This document shows, piece by piece, positions 49,977 through 58,867 of a DNA stretch of 64,000 nt. The stretch's first letter is position 1. Each line of letters opens with the position of its first letter. The translations under genes were made by a program, and so were the position numbers. The notes below the pieces were generated by a model that did not search any database, had not been told where the DNA came from, and saw nothing but the letters and a program-made list of their open reading frames with translations. The stretch comes from an uncultured delta proteobacterium (GTDB lineage: Bacteria > Desulfobacterota > RBG-13-43-22): the NCBI GenBank assembly GCA_963802945.1, contig CAWDKY010000015.1, positions 192,001-256,000 on the forward strand. Reading direction: 5' to 3'.

Positions 49977-51311
49977 CTATGTTTTTTCTAAATTCAACCT
50001 TTTCCGCCAGTATTCCAGGCGGGTTTTAATGGTTTTTTCATAGCCTCGTTCCGTTGGATGATAAAATCGGTGACCTTTTAATTCCTCCGGCAGATTTTCC
50101 TGGGCCACTAAGCCTTCCGGATAGTCATGGGCATAACGGTATCCTTGTCCATATCCCAAACCTTTCATCAAGGCAGTCGGGGCATTCCGGAGGTGTAGGG
50201 GAACCGGCAAAGACCCCGTTTTATTAATAGCTTTTTTAATGACGCCGTCGGCCAGATAAAGGGTATTGCTCTTGGGAGCAGTGGCCAGATAGACAGCAGC
50301 TTGAACCAAAGCAAGTTCACCTTCCGGGGATCCTAAAAAATGATAGGCCTCCTTGGCTGCCAAAGCCTGGAGCAAGGCCTGGGGATCAGCCAGACCGATA
50401 TCTTCCGAAGCGAACCGAATCATTCTCCGGGCGATAAAAAGGGGGTCCTCACCGGCATCCAGCATCCGGGCCAGCCAGTATAACGCCCCGTCGGGATCAC
50501 TGCCCCGCAGGCTTTTATGGAGGGCGGAGATCAGGTTGTAATGCTCTTCTCCCGCCTTGTCGTATCGCAAGGCCTTTTTTTGCAGGGCCTCTTCCACTAT
50601 GGCCCGGCTGATCAGACAGGTGCCGTCGGCCTCGGGTTGAGTCAAGGCCAAGGCCTGTTCCAAGGTGTTCAGGGCTATTCGGGCGTCGCCGTCGGCCAGG
50701 ATTTTGATCAGTTCCAGGGCATCTGGGGCCAGACTCGTCTGATTCTTTCCCAGTCCTCTTTCCGAATCCTTTAAGGCCCTTTGAATAATCTTCTCCAAAT
50801 CCGGCCTAGTTAAGGTTTTTAAAACCAGAACTTTGGTCCGGGAGAGCAAGGGGGCGATGACCTCAAAAGAAGGATTTTCAGTGGTGGCTCCGATCAGGAT
50901 AATGCTTCCCTTTTCCACATGGGGCAAAAAAGCATCTTGCTGAGCCTTATTAAAACGATGAATTTCATCGACAAATAAAATGGTCCTTTGGCCCTTCTCC
51001 TTTAATCGTTCTTCGGCTTCCTTGACCACTTCTCGGATATCTTTGACCCCTGAAAGGACGGCCGAAAATTGGATGAAATGGGCCTTGGTATAACGGGCCA
51101 TCATCTGGGCCAGGGTGGTCTTCCCTGAGCCCGGAGGCCCCCAGAAGATCAAAGGAAAGATCTTTCCCGACTCCAACATGCGCCGTAACAATCTGCCCTC
51201 TCCCAGCAGGTGCTCCTGCCCCACAAATTCTTCCAGATTTCGGGGACGCATTCTATCAGCCAGGGGAGAGAGGTTTTCCGAGTGAAAAGTTTTTAATAAT
51301 TCTGAAGTCAT
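49977..51311 (-). CDS. rarA: Replication-associated recombination protein A
   Basis: [51 protein letters not shown]. Confidence 0.95.
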   Translation of the reverse strand: MTSELLKTFHSENLSPLADRMRPRNLEEFVGQEHLLGEGRLLRRMLESGKIFPLIFWGPPGSGKTTLAQMMARYTKAHFIQFSAVLSGVKDIREVVKEAEERLKEKGQRTILFVDEIHRFNKAQQDAFLPHVEKGSIILIGATTENPSFEVIAPLLSRTKVLVLKTLTRPDLEKIIQRALKDSERGLGKNQTSLAPDALELIKILADGDARIALNTLEQALALTQPEADGTCLISRAIVEEALQKKALRYDKAGEEHYNLISALHKSLRGSDPDGALYWLARMLDAGEDPLFIARRMIRFASEDIGLADPQALLQALAAKEAYHFLGSPEGELALVQAAVYLATAPKSNTLYLADGVIKKAINKTGSLPVPLHLRNAPTALMKGLGYGQGYRYAHDYPEGLVAQENLPEELKGHRFYHPTERGYEKTIKTRLEYWRKRLNLEKT

Positions 51312-51355
51312 TTAACGCTCAAAGGAATTCAATAGAAATTTGGATACCGATGAAT

Positions 51356-52192
51356 TCAATTCCGCCTTTCGAGGCCCCAGATGATCTCCCCACCAAGAAC
51401 AAAAATGAGACAGGAGTAATAAATCCAGAAAATAAAGACCACCAAAAGCCCGAAAGAACCGTAAACGGCGGTAAAATTATTGATAAGATCCACATACAGA
51501 CGAAAGAGGTGTTTAGCTATCTCCCATAATCCGGCAATCAACAAAGAGGTGAGCAAAGCGGATCGGTTGCCGGGCCTTCGACTGGGAAGAAATCGAAACA
51601 AGATAAAAAACATCAAAACAGAAAAAAAATACCCCACGCCCACCCCAACCAGGTTGGCCCCAACCGGCTTCTGAAATATTTCAGGCAAAACGACCCCGAT
51701 TCGATCAGGAAAAGTTTTTATCAGATCGAAAATGTTGGTCAGGAAAATGGAAAGCAAAAAAAAGAGTCCGGAAATAAAAACCATGACCAGGTCATACAGC
51801 TTTTCTTTAAAATACCCATGTCGTATAGTTGATTCCAAGGTTTGATCCAACACCGTTCGGATGGAACTAAAAAGACGTGTAGCTGTCCATAATAAACCCA
51901 GAAATCCTATCAGCCCTACTATTTTTCTGTTCTTGATTAAATTCAGGATATTCGAGGTCATCTTGTGGGAGGCATTAGGGAGCATCTTTTCCAAATTCAT
52001 CTGGACATACCCGTGAATATCCTGTGAAGAGTAGAGGAAAAAGCCGAGGATGGACAAAATAACCAGGAGGAGAGGGATAAAACAAATCAACAAATTAAAG
52101 GCCAGGCCTGAGGCCAGGAAAAAAATATCATCCTCTTCCATTTTTTTATAGAACCCTATGGACTTCTTGGAAGAAGGCTGCTTCCGACTCAA
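51356..52192 (-). CDS. YihY/BrkB family membrane protein
   Basis: LASGLAF, WEIAK..F..YV, VYGSFG..WIYYS..LGGE. Confidence 0.88.
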   Translation of the reverse strand: MSRKQPSSKKSIGFYKKMEEDDIFFLASGLAFNLLICFIPLLLVILSILGFFLYSSQDIHGYVQMNLEKMLPNASHKMTSNILNLIKNRKIVGLIGFLGLLWTATRLFSSIRTVLDQTLESTIRHGYFKEKLYDLVMVFISGLFFLLSIFLTNIFDLIKTFPDRIGVVLPEIFQKPVGANLVGVGVGYFFSVLMFFILFRFLPSRRPGNRSALLTSLLIAGLWEIAKHLFRLYVDLINNFTAVYGSFGLLVVFIFWIYYSCLIFVLGGEIIWGLERRN

Positions 52193-52533
52193 GGGTTTTC
52201 CTTCCGGTCAATGGCCTCGATCTTTTCCTGGGCCTTTAGAATTCGGTTGACGGCTTCATCAGTTTTCTCCGAGGCTTTTTCCACTTTTTTTAAGGCTTCT
52301 TCGGCTTTCCGCTGGGTCTCTAAAAGTCGTTGTTCAGTTTCTTCCAACTGCCTATTCAATTTTTCCAACCTGAGTTGTTCTTCTGAAGGAGCTTGTCTTT
52401 CCGGTTCGATTTTTCCGGACGGATCCGTCATAGGAGCTTCCGGAAGGGCAATGACCATTTTCGTCGGCAAACATCCCCCCAAGACCAGAGAGACAACAAA
52501 ACTCAGAATCATTATGAATTTTCTATAGATCAT
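52189..52533 (-). CDS. Putative coiled-coil lipoprotein
   Basis: Signal peptide with lipobox LGGC, then an E/K-rich coiled coil. Confidence 0.65.
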   Translation of the reverse strand: MIYRKFIMILSFVVSLVLGGCLPTKMVIALPEAPMTDPSGKIEPERQAPSEEQLRLEKLNRQLEETEQRLLETQRKAEEALKKVEKASEKTDEAVNRILKAQEKIEAIDRKENP

Positions 52534-52555
52534 CTTATCCTCCTTATAAATTTGC

Positions 52556-53212
52556 TTAAGAGTCCATATCTTTCAAAGGACAAACATCACATCGAGGCTC
52601 CTTTTTTTTGCAATACTCTTTTCCCAGGCGAACCAGAAGGGCATGGTATTCATTATACAGTTGGGGGTCTGAAGGTAAATAATCCATAAAAAACGCCTGG
52701 AGTTCCTCGTAGCCGATATCGTCATCAATGAACCGATGCCGGGAGAAGATCCGATGGGTGTAGGTATCAACCACAAAGGTGGGCATGTTAAGGGCGTAAA
52801 GCAAAATACTGTCTGCCGTCTCAGGTCCGATACCCTTTACCGCCAACAACTCCGTGCGAAGAGATTCCAGGGGCTGATTCTGCATTTTTTGGATTTTACC
52901 TTGATATTCATGTAAAAAGAAGTTAAAAAAATTTTTTAACCTCCTGGCCTTGGTGCGATAATAACCGGCCGGCCGGATCCAATCCGATAAAACCGTCTCG
53001 TCCACCCGATGTAAAAAAGAAGGGGAAAGGGCTCCTTCCGCCTTTAATCGTTTGATGGCCTGCTCGACATTTCCCCAGGCCGTATTCTGAGTCAGGATGG
53101 CGCCTACCATCACTTCTAAGGGACTGTCTCCCGGCCACCAGCGGCTGGGACCCAAATGATTATACATCCGGTCATAGATATCCATCAGTTTTGAATTGTT
53201 TTTCGATCTCAT
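52556..53212 (-). CDS. Endonuclease III-related HhH-GPD protein
   Basis: WWP..EVMVGAILTQNT.W, GIGPETADSILLY, FVVDTYT, C-terminal Cys cluster. Confidence 0.88.
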   Translation of the reverse strand: MRSKNNSKLMDIYDRMYNHLGPSRWWPGDSPLEVMVGAILTQNTAWGNVEQAIKRLKAEGALSPSFLHRVDETVLSDWIRPAGYYRTKARRLKNFFNFFLHEYQGKIQKMQNQPLESLRTELLAVKGIGPETADSILLYALNMPTFVVDTYTHRIFSRHRFIDDDIGYEELQAFFMDYLPSDPQLYNEYHALLVRLGKEYCKKKEPRCDVCPLKDMDS

Positions 53213-53261
53213 AAAAAAATTATAACAAACCCTCCCCATTTAAACAATCTCTTTTCCTTAC

Positions 53262-53290
53262 TTGACGAAGCCATGAAAATAGCCTAAAAT
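53262..53290 (+). promoter_or_regulatory. Sigma70-type promoter for the EF-G gene
   Basis: TTGACG-17 bp-TAAAAT. Confidence 0.6.
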
Positions 53291-53319
53291 CCTACCACTT
53301 TTAAAGGAAACGACAAAAA

Positions 53320-55368
53320 ATGGCTGGGGAATCCCGTTTACGCAAAACCAGAAATATCGGCATCATGGCTCATATCGATGCCGGTAAGACCACGCTAACC
53401 GAGCGAGTCCTTTATTACACCGGCCGTTCTCACAAGATGGGGGAGGTCCATGATGGGGAGGCCGTTATGGACTGGATGCCCGAGGAACAGGAAAGGGGAA
53501 TCACCATCACTTCAGCCGTAACCACCTGTCAGTGGCTTCATCATACCATAAATCTTATTGACACCCCTGGTCATGTTGATTTTACCATTGAAGTCGAGCG
53601 TTCCCTGCGGGTCCTGGACGGGGTCGTGGCTGTGTTTTGTGCCGTCGGCGGGGTGGAACCCCAATCGGAAACCGTCTGGCATCAGGCCGATAAGTACCAG
53701 GTACCCAAGATCGCCTTCATCAATAAAATGGACCGTATTGGAGCGGACTTCAAAAACACCGTGGAACAAATGATAGAGAAACTGGGGGCCCGGCCCTTGA
53801 TTCTCCACTTGCCATGGGGACGGGAAGATGAATTTCAAGGGACCATCGATTTGTTGAGCATGCAGGGGATTCGCTGGCGGGAAGAATCTCTGGGCATGGA
53901 ATACGATACAGTCGATATTCCGGGAACTTTACGGAATGAGGCGATTTTTTATCGGGAACAGTTAGTGGAGACCTTGGCGGATCTGGACGATCACATCATG
54001 GAATTGTATTTGGGCGGCCAGCAAATTCCCCAAGCTGATCTCCTGGCGGTTATTCGCCAAGGCACCATTGACCTGAAGATCGTCCCCATTTTCTGCGGTG
54101 CGGCTCTGCGCAACAAAGGGGTTCAGCCCCTGTTGGACGGGATCGTTCACTTTCTTCCCAATCCCATGGACATCCCTCCGGTCAGCGGTCGAAATCCGAT
54201 CAATCAAAAAATGGAAACCCGTCCGCCTTCAGACCAGGCCCCCTTTGCCGGCCTGGCCTTTAAGATCATTATGGACCAGGGAAGAAAATTGACCTATCTG
54301 CGCATCTATTCCGGGATCCTGAATGTTGGTCAGGAGGTTTTCAATCCGACCAAAAATGTCCGCGAACGGGTTGCCCGGATTCTGCGCATCCATGCCAACA
54401 AGAGAGAGCGGATTGAACAGGCCAGGGCCGGGGATATTATCGGTCTGATGGGGCTTAAGGATACCACAACAGGAGACAGTCTGACCGATCTCGAGCATCC
54501 GATCATCCTGGAAGCCATTGATGTTTACGAACCGGTCATCTCCCTGGCCATCGAGCCTAAAACTGTCGGCCAGCAGGATAAGATTATCCAGGTCTTGGAA
54601 AAAATCTCCCAGGAGGACCCTACCTTTCGTTTTAAATATGATGAAGATTCGGGGCAAACGGTCATCTCCGGGATGGGGGAATTGCATCTTGAGGTTTTAC
54701 TGCACCGCATGGAACGGGAGTATAATTTGTCGGTGAACATCGGCAAACCCCAGGTGGTCTATCGGGAGACCATTTCCGAAACGGTGGAAGTTGAAGAAAC
54801 CTTTGATCGTGAACTGGGAGGTGCCCATCATCAGGCCCGGGTTCGATTACGTCTGATCCCCAACGACCGAGGGAAAGGGAATATGTTCCTCCATCTGATT
54901 CCGGAGGATATCGTACCTCAGCCCCCGATTGAGGCTATTAAATCTTCCATTGATGAATCCTTCACCTCCGGGGTCCTGTCCGGTTATCCGGCCATTGACA
55001 TCAAAGTCATCCTTGAATCCGCTCAGACTACTGAAAGCCAATCTTCTGAAATGGCCTTCCGGGTGGCGGCTTCCATGGCCTTTCGAAACGGCTGCCTTAA
55101 AGCCAAGCCGGTGCTTCTTGAGCCGGTTATGAAATTGGAAATTATTGTACCTGACGAATTCCTGGGTGAAGTCATCGGAGATATCAACGCCCGGAAAGGA
55201 AAGATAGAACAAATTTTACCCCGGAAAAAGGTTCAACAGGTTCAAGCCATTGCTCCCCTGTCCCAATTGTTCGGCTATTCCACGGTCCTTCGTTCCGCCA
55301 GTCAAGGACGGGCCACCTTTACCATGCAATTTTCCCATTACAGCAACGTCGGTGTTTCGCAAAAATAA
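53320..55368 (+). CDS. fusA: Elongation factor G (stand-alone paralogue)
   Basis: [36 protein letters not shown]; no rpsL/rpsG/tuf nearby. Confidence 0.93.
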   Translation: MAGESRLRKTRNIGIMAHIDAGKTTLTERVLYYTGRSHKMGEVHDGEAVMDWMPEEQERGITITSAVTTCQWLHHTINLIDTPGHVDFTIEVERSLRVLDGVVAVFCAVGGVEPQSETVWHQADKYQVPKIAFINKMDRIGADFKNTVEQMIEKLGARPLILHLPWGREDEFQGTIDLLSMQGIRWREESLGMEYDTVDIPGTLRNEAIFYREQLVETLADLDDHIMELYLGGQQIPQADLLAVIRQGTIDLKIVPIFCGAALRNKGVQPLLDGIVHFLPNPMDIPPVSGRNPINQKMETRPPSDQAPFAGLAFKIIMDQGRKLTYLRIYSGILNVGQEVFNPTKNVRERVARILRIHANKRERIEQARAGDIIGLMGLKDTTTGDSLTDLEHPIILEAIDVYEPVISLAIEPKTVGQQDKIIQVLEKISQEDPTFRFKYDEDSGQTVISGMGELHLEVLLHRMEREYNLSVNIGKPQVVYRETISETVEVEETFDRELGGAHHQARVRLRLIPNDRGKGNMFLHLIPEDIVPQPPIEAIKSSIDESFTSGVLSGYPAIDIKVILESAQTTESQSSEMAFRVAASMAFRNGCLKAKPVLLEPVMKLEIIVPDEFLGEVIGDINARKGKIEQILPRKKVQQVQAIAPLSQLFGYSTVLRSASQGRATFTMQFSHYSNVGVSQK

Positions 55369-55371
55369 CTA

Positions 55372-55400
55372 TTGACAAGTCCTTTCAATTTATATATAAA
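55372..55400 (+). promoter_or_regulatory. Sigma70-type promoter for the kor-hdr run
   Basis: TTGACA-17 bp-TATAAA. Confidence 0.65.
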
Positions 55401-55425
55401 AATAGGTTTTGTGTAGGTTTTATTG

Positions 55426-55583
55426 CAGGCTGATGAAAGAATGCCCATCTGTCCGCCGCGGCGAGCCTCATTCCTCGGAACTTTTTCGCCTTCAAAGTAA
55501 TGCAAAAGTCCCATGCCCTTTGGGATGGGTGCCGACTTCGAGCGTCTTGTCCGCCTTGAGTAGAAATCTTTTTGATCAGCCTG
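55426..55583. mobile_element. 158-bp MITE-like element in the kor leader
   Basis: CAGGCTGATGAAAGA vs reverse-complemented right end CAGGCTGATCAAAAA (13/15). Confidence 0.7.
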
Positions 55584-55621
55584 GGTAAATAATTTTTTCT
55601 CGTCAAATTTAGGAATAAGGG

Positions 55622-55924
55622 ATGAAATTCTGGAGACTGCCGCTGGATGCCGGTTCCCACTCCATTCCGATCGGGGAACTGCATATTATTAAGGACCGCT
55701 GTAAAGGCTGCGGGTTTTGCATCGAATTCTGCCCCAACCAGGTCCTTAAAGAAGCCCCGGAATTTAATAAAAAAGGGTATCATCCGCCGCTGGTCACCAA
55801 ACAGGGGGAATGTGTCAATTGCAATCTCTGCGAAATCATTTGTCCGGAATTTGCCATCTACAGTGTCCTCAAAGAATATAAAGAACTTACGGCTGAGGAT
55901 ATTGCCGGTTCTTCAAAAGCATAG
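55622..55924 (+). CDS. korD: 2-oxoacid:ferredoxin oxidoreductase delta (2x[4Fe-4S]) subunit
   Basis: CKGCGFCIEFCP, FNKKGYHP, CVNCNLCEIICPEFAI. Confidence 0.85.
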   Translation: MKFWRLPLDAGSHSIPIGELHIIKDRCKGCGFCIEFCPNQVLKEAPEFNKKGYHPPLVTKQGECVNCNLCEIICPEFAIYSVLKEYKELTAEDIAGSSKA

Positions 55925-55939
55925 GAAGTCCAAACACGC

Positions 55940-57091
55940 ATGTCTGATTCAGGAATCTTGACCGGCGAATATTTTATCAACGGCGACGAGGCCTGCGCCG
56001 AAGGGGCTATCGCCGCCGGCTGCCGTTTTTTTGCCGGCTATCCCATCACTCCGGCCACGGAAATCGCCGAACGGATGGCCAGACGCCTGCCCCAGGTGCA
56101 GGGAATCTGTATTCAGATGGAAGATGAAATTGCCTCCATGGCCGCTATCCTCGGGGCCTCCTGGGGCGGAACCAAGTCCATGACCGCCACTTCTGGTCCA
56201 GGCTTTTCTTTAATGATGGAAAACATCGGCTTGGGCATGATGACCGAAACCCCCTGCGTCATCGTCAATATCATGCGCGGCGGGCCTTCCACCGGACTTC
56301 CCACTCTGGTAGGCCAGGCCGATGTCATGCAGGCCCGTTGGGGATCTCATGGCGACTATGAGGTTATTGCCCTTTCGCCGTCTTCGCCCCAAGAGATGTT
56401 TGACCTGACGATTGAAGCCTTTAATTTGTCCGAGATCTATCGCTTGCCGGTTTTGGTCATGGGGGATGAACTGGTGGGGCACATGTCTGAAAAGGTGACT
56501 ATCCCTTCTCCCGAGCAAATCCATCGGGTCTCCAGGGTCTGTCCCGTTCAGAACCCGGAAAGGTATCTGCCGTTTATGGCCGGCGCCGATCTCGTCCCGC
56601 CCATGGCCTGTGCCGGAAAGGGATATCATGTCCATGTCACCGGTTTGACCCATGATGAGCAGGGATATCCGCAGACTATTGCCACGGTGCATGAAAGGAT
56701 GGTCCGACGCCTGGTCGATAAAATCCGCCTCAATGCCCCAAAAATTATTCAAACGGAAGAGATTGAAATAGCCGATGCCCAAGTGGTGGTGGTGGCTTAT
56801 GGCTGCACCTCCCGGACGGCCCGGGAAGTCGTTCAACAACTTCGTTCCGAAGGGAAAAAAGTGGGGCTCCTTCGCCTGATCACCTTATGGCCCTTCCCGG
56901 AAGAAAAGATTCGCCGGGCAGCCAAAGGGCTAAGGGCTTTCATCGTACCCGAGATCAACTACGGCCAGATGGCCTATGAAGTGGAACGTTGTGCCCAGGG
57001 TCAGGCCGAGACGGTCCTTCTGCCTTTAATGGGCGGTGCCATTCATACCCCAGAGAACATTATAGAAGCGGTCAAGGATTATCTGCCATGA
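55940..57091 (+). CDS. korA: 2-oxoacid:ferredoxin oxidoreductase alpha subunit
   Basis: FFAGYPITP, QMEDE, TATSGPG, RGGPSTGLPT, RWGSHGD. Confidence 0.92.
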   Translation: MSDSGILTGEYFINGDEACAEGAIAAGCRFFAGYPITPATEIAERMARRLPQVQGICIQMEDEIASMAAILGASWGGTKSMTATSGPGFSLMMENIGLGMMTETPCVIVNIMRGGPSTGLPTLVGQADVMQARWGSHGDYEVIALSPSSPQEMFDLTIEAFNLSEIYRLPVLVMGDELVGHMSEKVTIPSPEQIHRVSRVCPVQNPERYLPFMAGADLVPPMACAGKGYHVHVTGLTHDEQGYPQTIATVHERMVRRLVDKIRLNAPKIIQTEEIEIADAQVVVVAYGCTSRTAREVVQQLRSEGKKVGLLRLITLWPFPEEKIRRAAKGLRAFIVPEINYGQMAYEVERCAQGQAETVLLPLMGGAIHTPENIIEAVKDYLP

Positions 57092-57987
57092 AGATACGGT
57101 ACCAACCTGTTGTCCCTTTTGATCAAAAGGCTATGACTCGTCTCATAGACGAACAACATGGCCTCCATCCTGATGACCAGTATCTGAAGCCGGGCAGAAT
57201 CCCTCATATCTGGTGTCCAGGCTGCGGGTTGGGCGTGGTCTTAAACACCTATATCAACGGATTGAAGATGACCGGTATTCCCATTGACCGATCGGTTGTT
57301 GTTTCCGGTATCGGCTGTACCGGGCGGGTGGCCGGGTATTTGAATATGGATACTTATCATACCACCCACGGCCGGGCCATCCCTTTTGCCACCGGATTGT
57401 CCTTGACCCGTCCGGATCTGTCGATCACCGTTTTCAGCGGAGACGGCGATCTCTTTGCCATTGGGGGGAACCACTTTATTCATGCGGCCAGAAGAAATGT
57501 CAACCTCAAGGTCATCTGTGTCAATAATTTCAATTATGGGATGACCGGGGGACAGGTGGCCCCGACCACACCGGTCACAGCCAAGACCACAACCACGCCC
57601 TACGGCAATTCAGAAGCCTCTTTCAATCTACCCTACCTGGCCCATGCCAGTGGAGCGGTTTATGTAGCCCGCTGGACCACTTTCCACGCCCGGCAGTTGG
57701 TGAACTCCATTGCCGAGACTCTGGCTATTAATGGATTTACTTTTATTGAAGTTATCGCCCCCTGCCCTATAGGGTACGGACGACCTAATAAAATGGGTAG
57801 CGGCCTGGATGAGATGATCTATTACAAAGAAAACAGTATAGTCCAGAATGGGGCCGATCCAAGGGACGTAGATATTGTCCTTAAGGGGAAAATCGTGGTG
57901 GGGAAATTTTCCGAAGAAAAGCGCCCCACCTTTCTGGGAGAATACGAGGAAAATATTCTGAAAAAATTCAGGAGAACGGAAACCTGA
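57088..57987 (+). CDS. korB: 2-oxoacid:ferredoxin oxidoreductase beta (TPP-binding) subunit
   Basis: WCPGCG, SGIGC, HGRA, GDGD..IGGNH, NN..YGMTGGQ; ATGA overlap with alpha. Confidence 0.92.
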   Translation: MKIRYQPVVPFDQKAMTRLIDEQHGLHPDDQYLKPGRIPHIWCPGCGLGVVLNTYINGLKMTGIPIDRSVVVSGIGCTGRVAGYLNMDTYHTTHGRAIPFATGLSLTRPDLSITVFSGDGDLFAIGGNHFIHAARRNVNLKVICVNNFNYGMTGGQVAPTTPVTAKTTTTPYGNSEASFNLPYLAHASGAVYVARWTTFHARQLVNSIAETLAINGFTFIEVIAPCPIGYGRPNKMGSGLDEMIYYKENSIVQNGADPRDVDIVLKGKIVVGKFSEEKRPTFLGEYEENILKKFRRTET

Positions 57988-57990
57988 CAA

Positions 57991-58140
57991 TTTCGGATTG
58001 CAGATTGCGGAATTGCCGAAAAGGAAAGTACGAAACAAATTCAAAAGGACAAAATTCAAAATAAGCATAGCTATTTTTTAGATATTTGATATTTAAATTT
58101 TAAATTTGTTTCGGATTTCGATATTCGAATTTTGGATTTA
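57991..58140. repeat. Degenerate heptamer-based inverted repeat region
   Basis: CGGATTG-CAGATTG-CGGAATT units; CGAAACAAATT (58031) complementary to AATTTGTTTCG (~58104). Confidence 0.6.
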
Positions 58141-58199
58141 ATCTGATCCCCGTGAGGTTTCACAATAGTAAAATTAAGGTTGCATCATAGATAAAAACC

Positions 58200-58787
58200 A
58201 TGATCAAAAACAATAAAACCGAGATTCGTCTGGCCGGATTTGGGGGCCAGGGAATCGTTCTGGCCGGGCATATCTTGGGAAAGGCGGCGGCCCTTTATGA
58301 ACAGCTCCAGGCCGTCTTCACCCAAAGCTACGGCCCTGAGGCCCGGGGCGGGGCCTGCAGTGCCGATGTGATTATCTCCAATGCGAAAATTTTTTATCCT
58401 AAAGTTTCCAGTCCTCGAATCCTGGTCTTGATGTCTGAAGAGGCCAAACATACTTACGGCCGACAGATGTCCGATCAGGCTATGATCCTGATCGATGAAG
58501 ATCTGGTGCAAATGGAAACCGCTCCGAAAGGATGCCGTCTCTATAAAATACCGGCGACCCGTCTGGCTGAAAAGTTGGGCCGCAATATCGTAGCCAATAT
58601 CGTCATGCTCGGATTTCTTACCTCGGTGGCCGAAGTGGTCGGCTATGAGGCCATGAAACAGGCCCTTTTTGATTCCATCCCCAGCGGGACCGAAGATCTG
58701 AACCTCAGGGCCTTTGAAAAAGGCTATGAGTATGGGAAAAAGCAGAAGTCAGAAGACAGAAGTCAGGAAACAGAAGTTGGAGAATAA
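58200..58787 (+). CDS. korC: 2-oxoacid:ferredoxin oxidoreductase gamma subunit
   Basis: AGFGGQG, QSYGPEARGG, ANIVMLG, N.RAFEKG. Confidence 0.92.
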   Translation: MIKNNKTEIRLAGFGGQGIVLAGHILGKAAALYEQLQAVFTQSYGPEARGGACSADVIISNAKIFYPKVSSPRILVLMSEEAKHTYGRQMSDQAMILIDEDLVQMETAPKGCRLYKIPATRLAEKLGRNIVANIVMLGFLTSVAEVVGYEAMKQALFDSIPSGTEDLNLRAFEKGYEYGKKQKSEDRSQETEVGE

Positions 58788-58852
58788 AATCTCGGGTTGT
58801 TTTTATTCTGGATTCTAAATTCTGACTTCTAACTCCTGAATTCTGTATTTCT
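58744..58852. repeat. Inverted heptamer-repeat hairpin overlapping the korC 3' end
   Basis: AGAAGTC/AGAAGAC units and AGAATAAAA vs TTTTATTCT then GRMTTCT-like units. Confidence 0.75.
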
Positions 58853-58867
58853 GAAGGAGTAATCGGG

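Noticed and set aside
55385-55783. 132-aa minus-strand ORF and the 35-aa N-terminal extension of hdrB (61860)
   Set aside because: Both read through MITE sequence or antisense of real genes.
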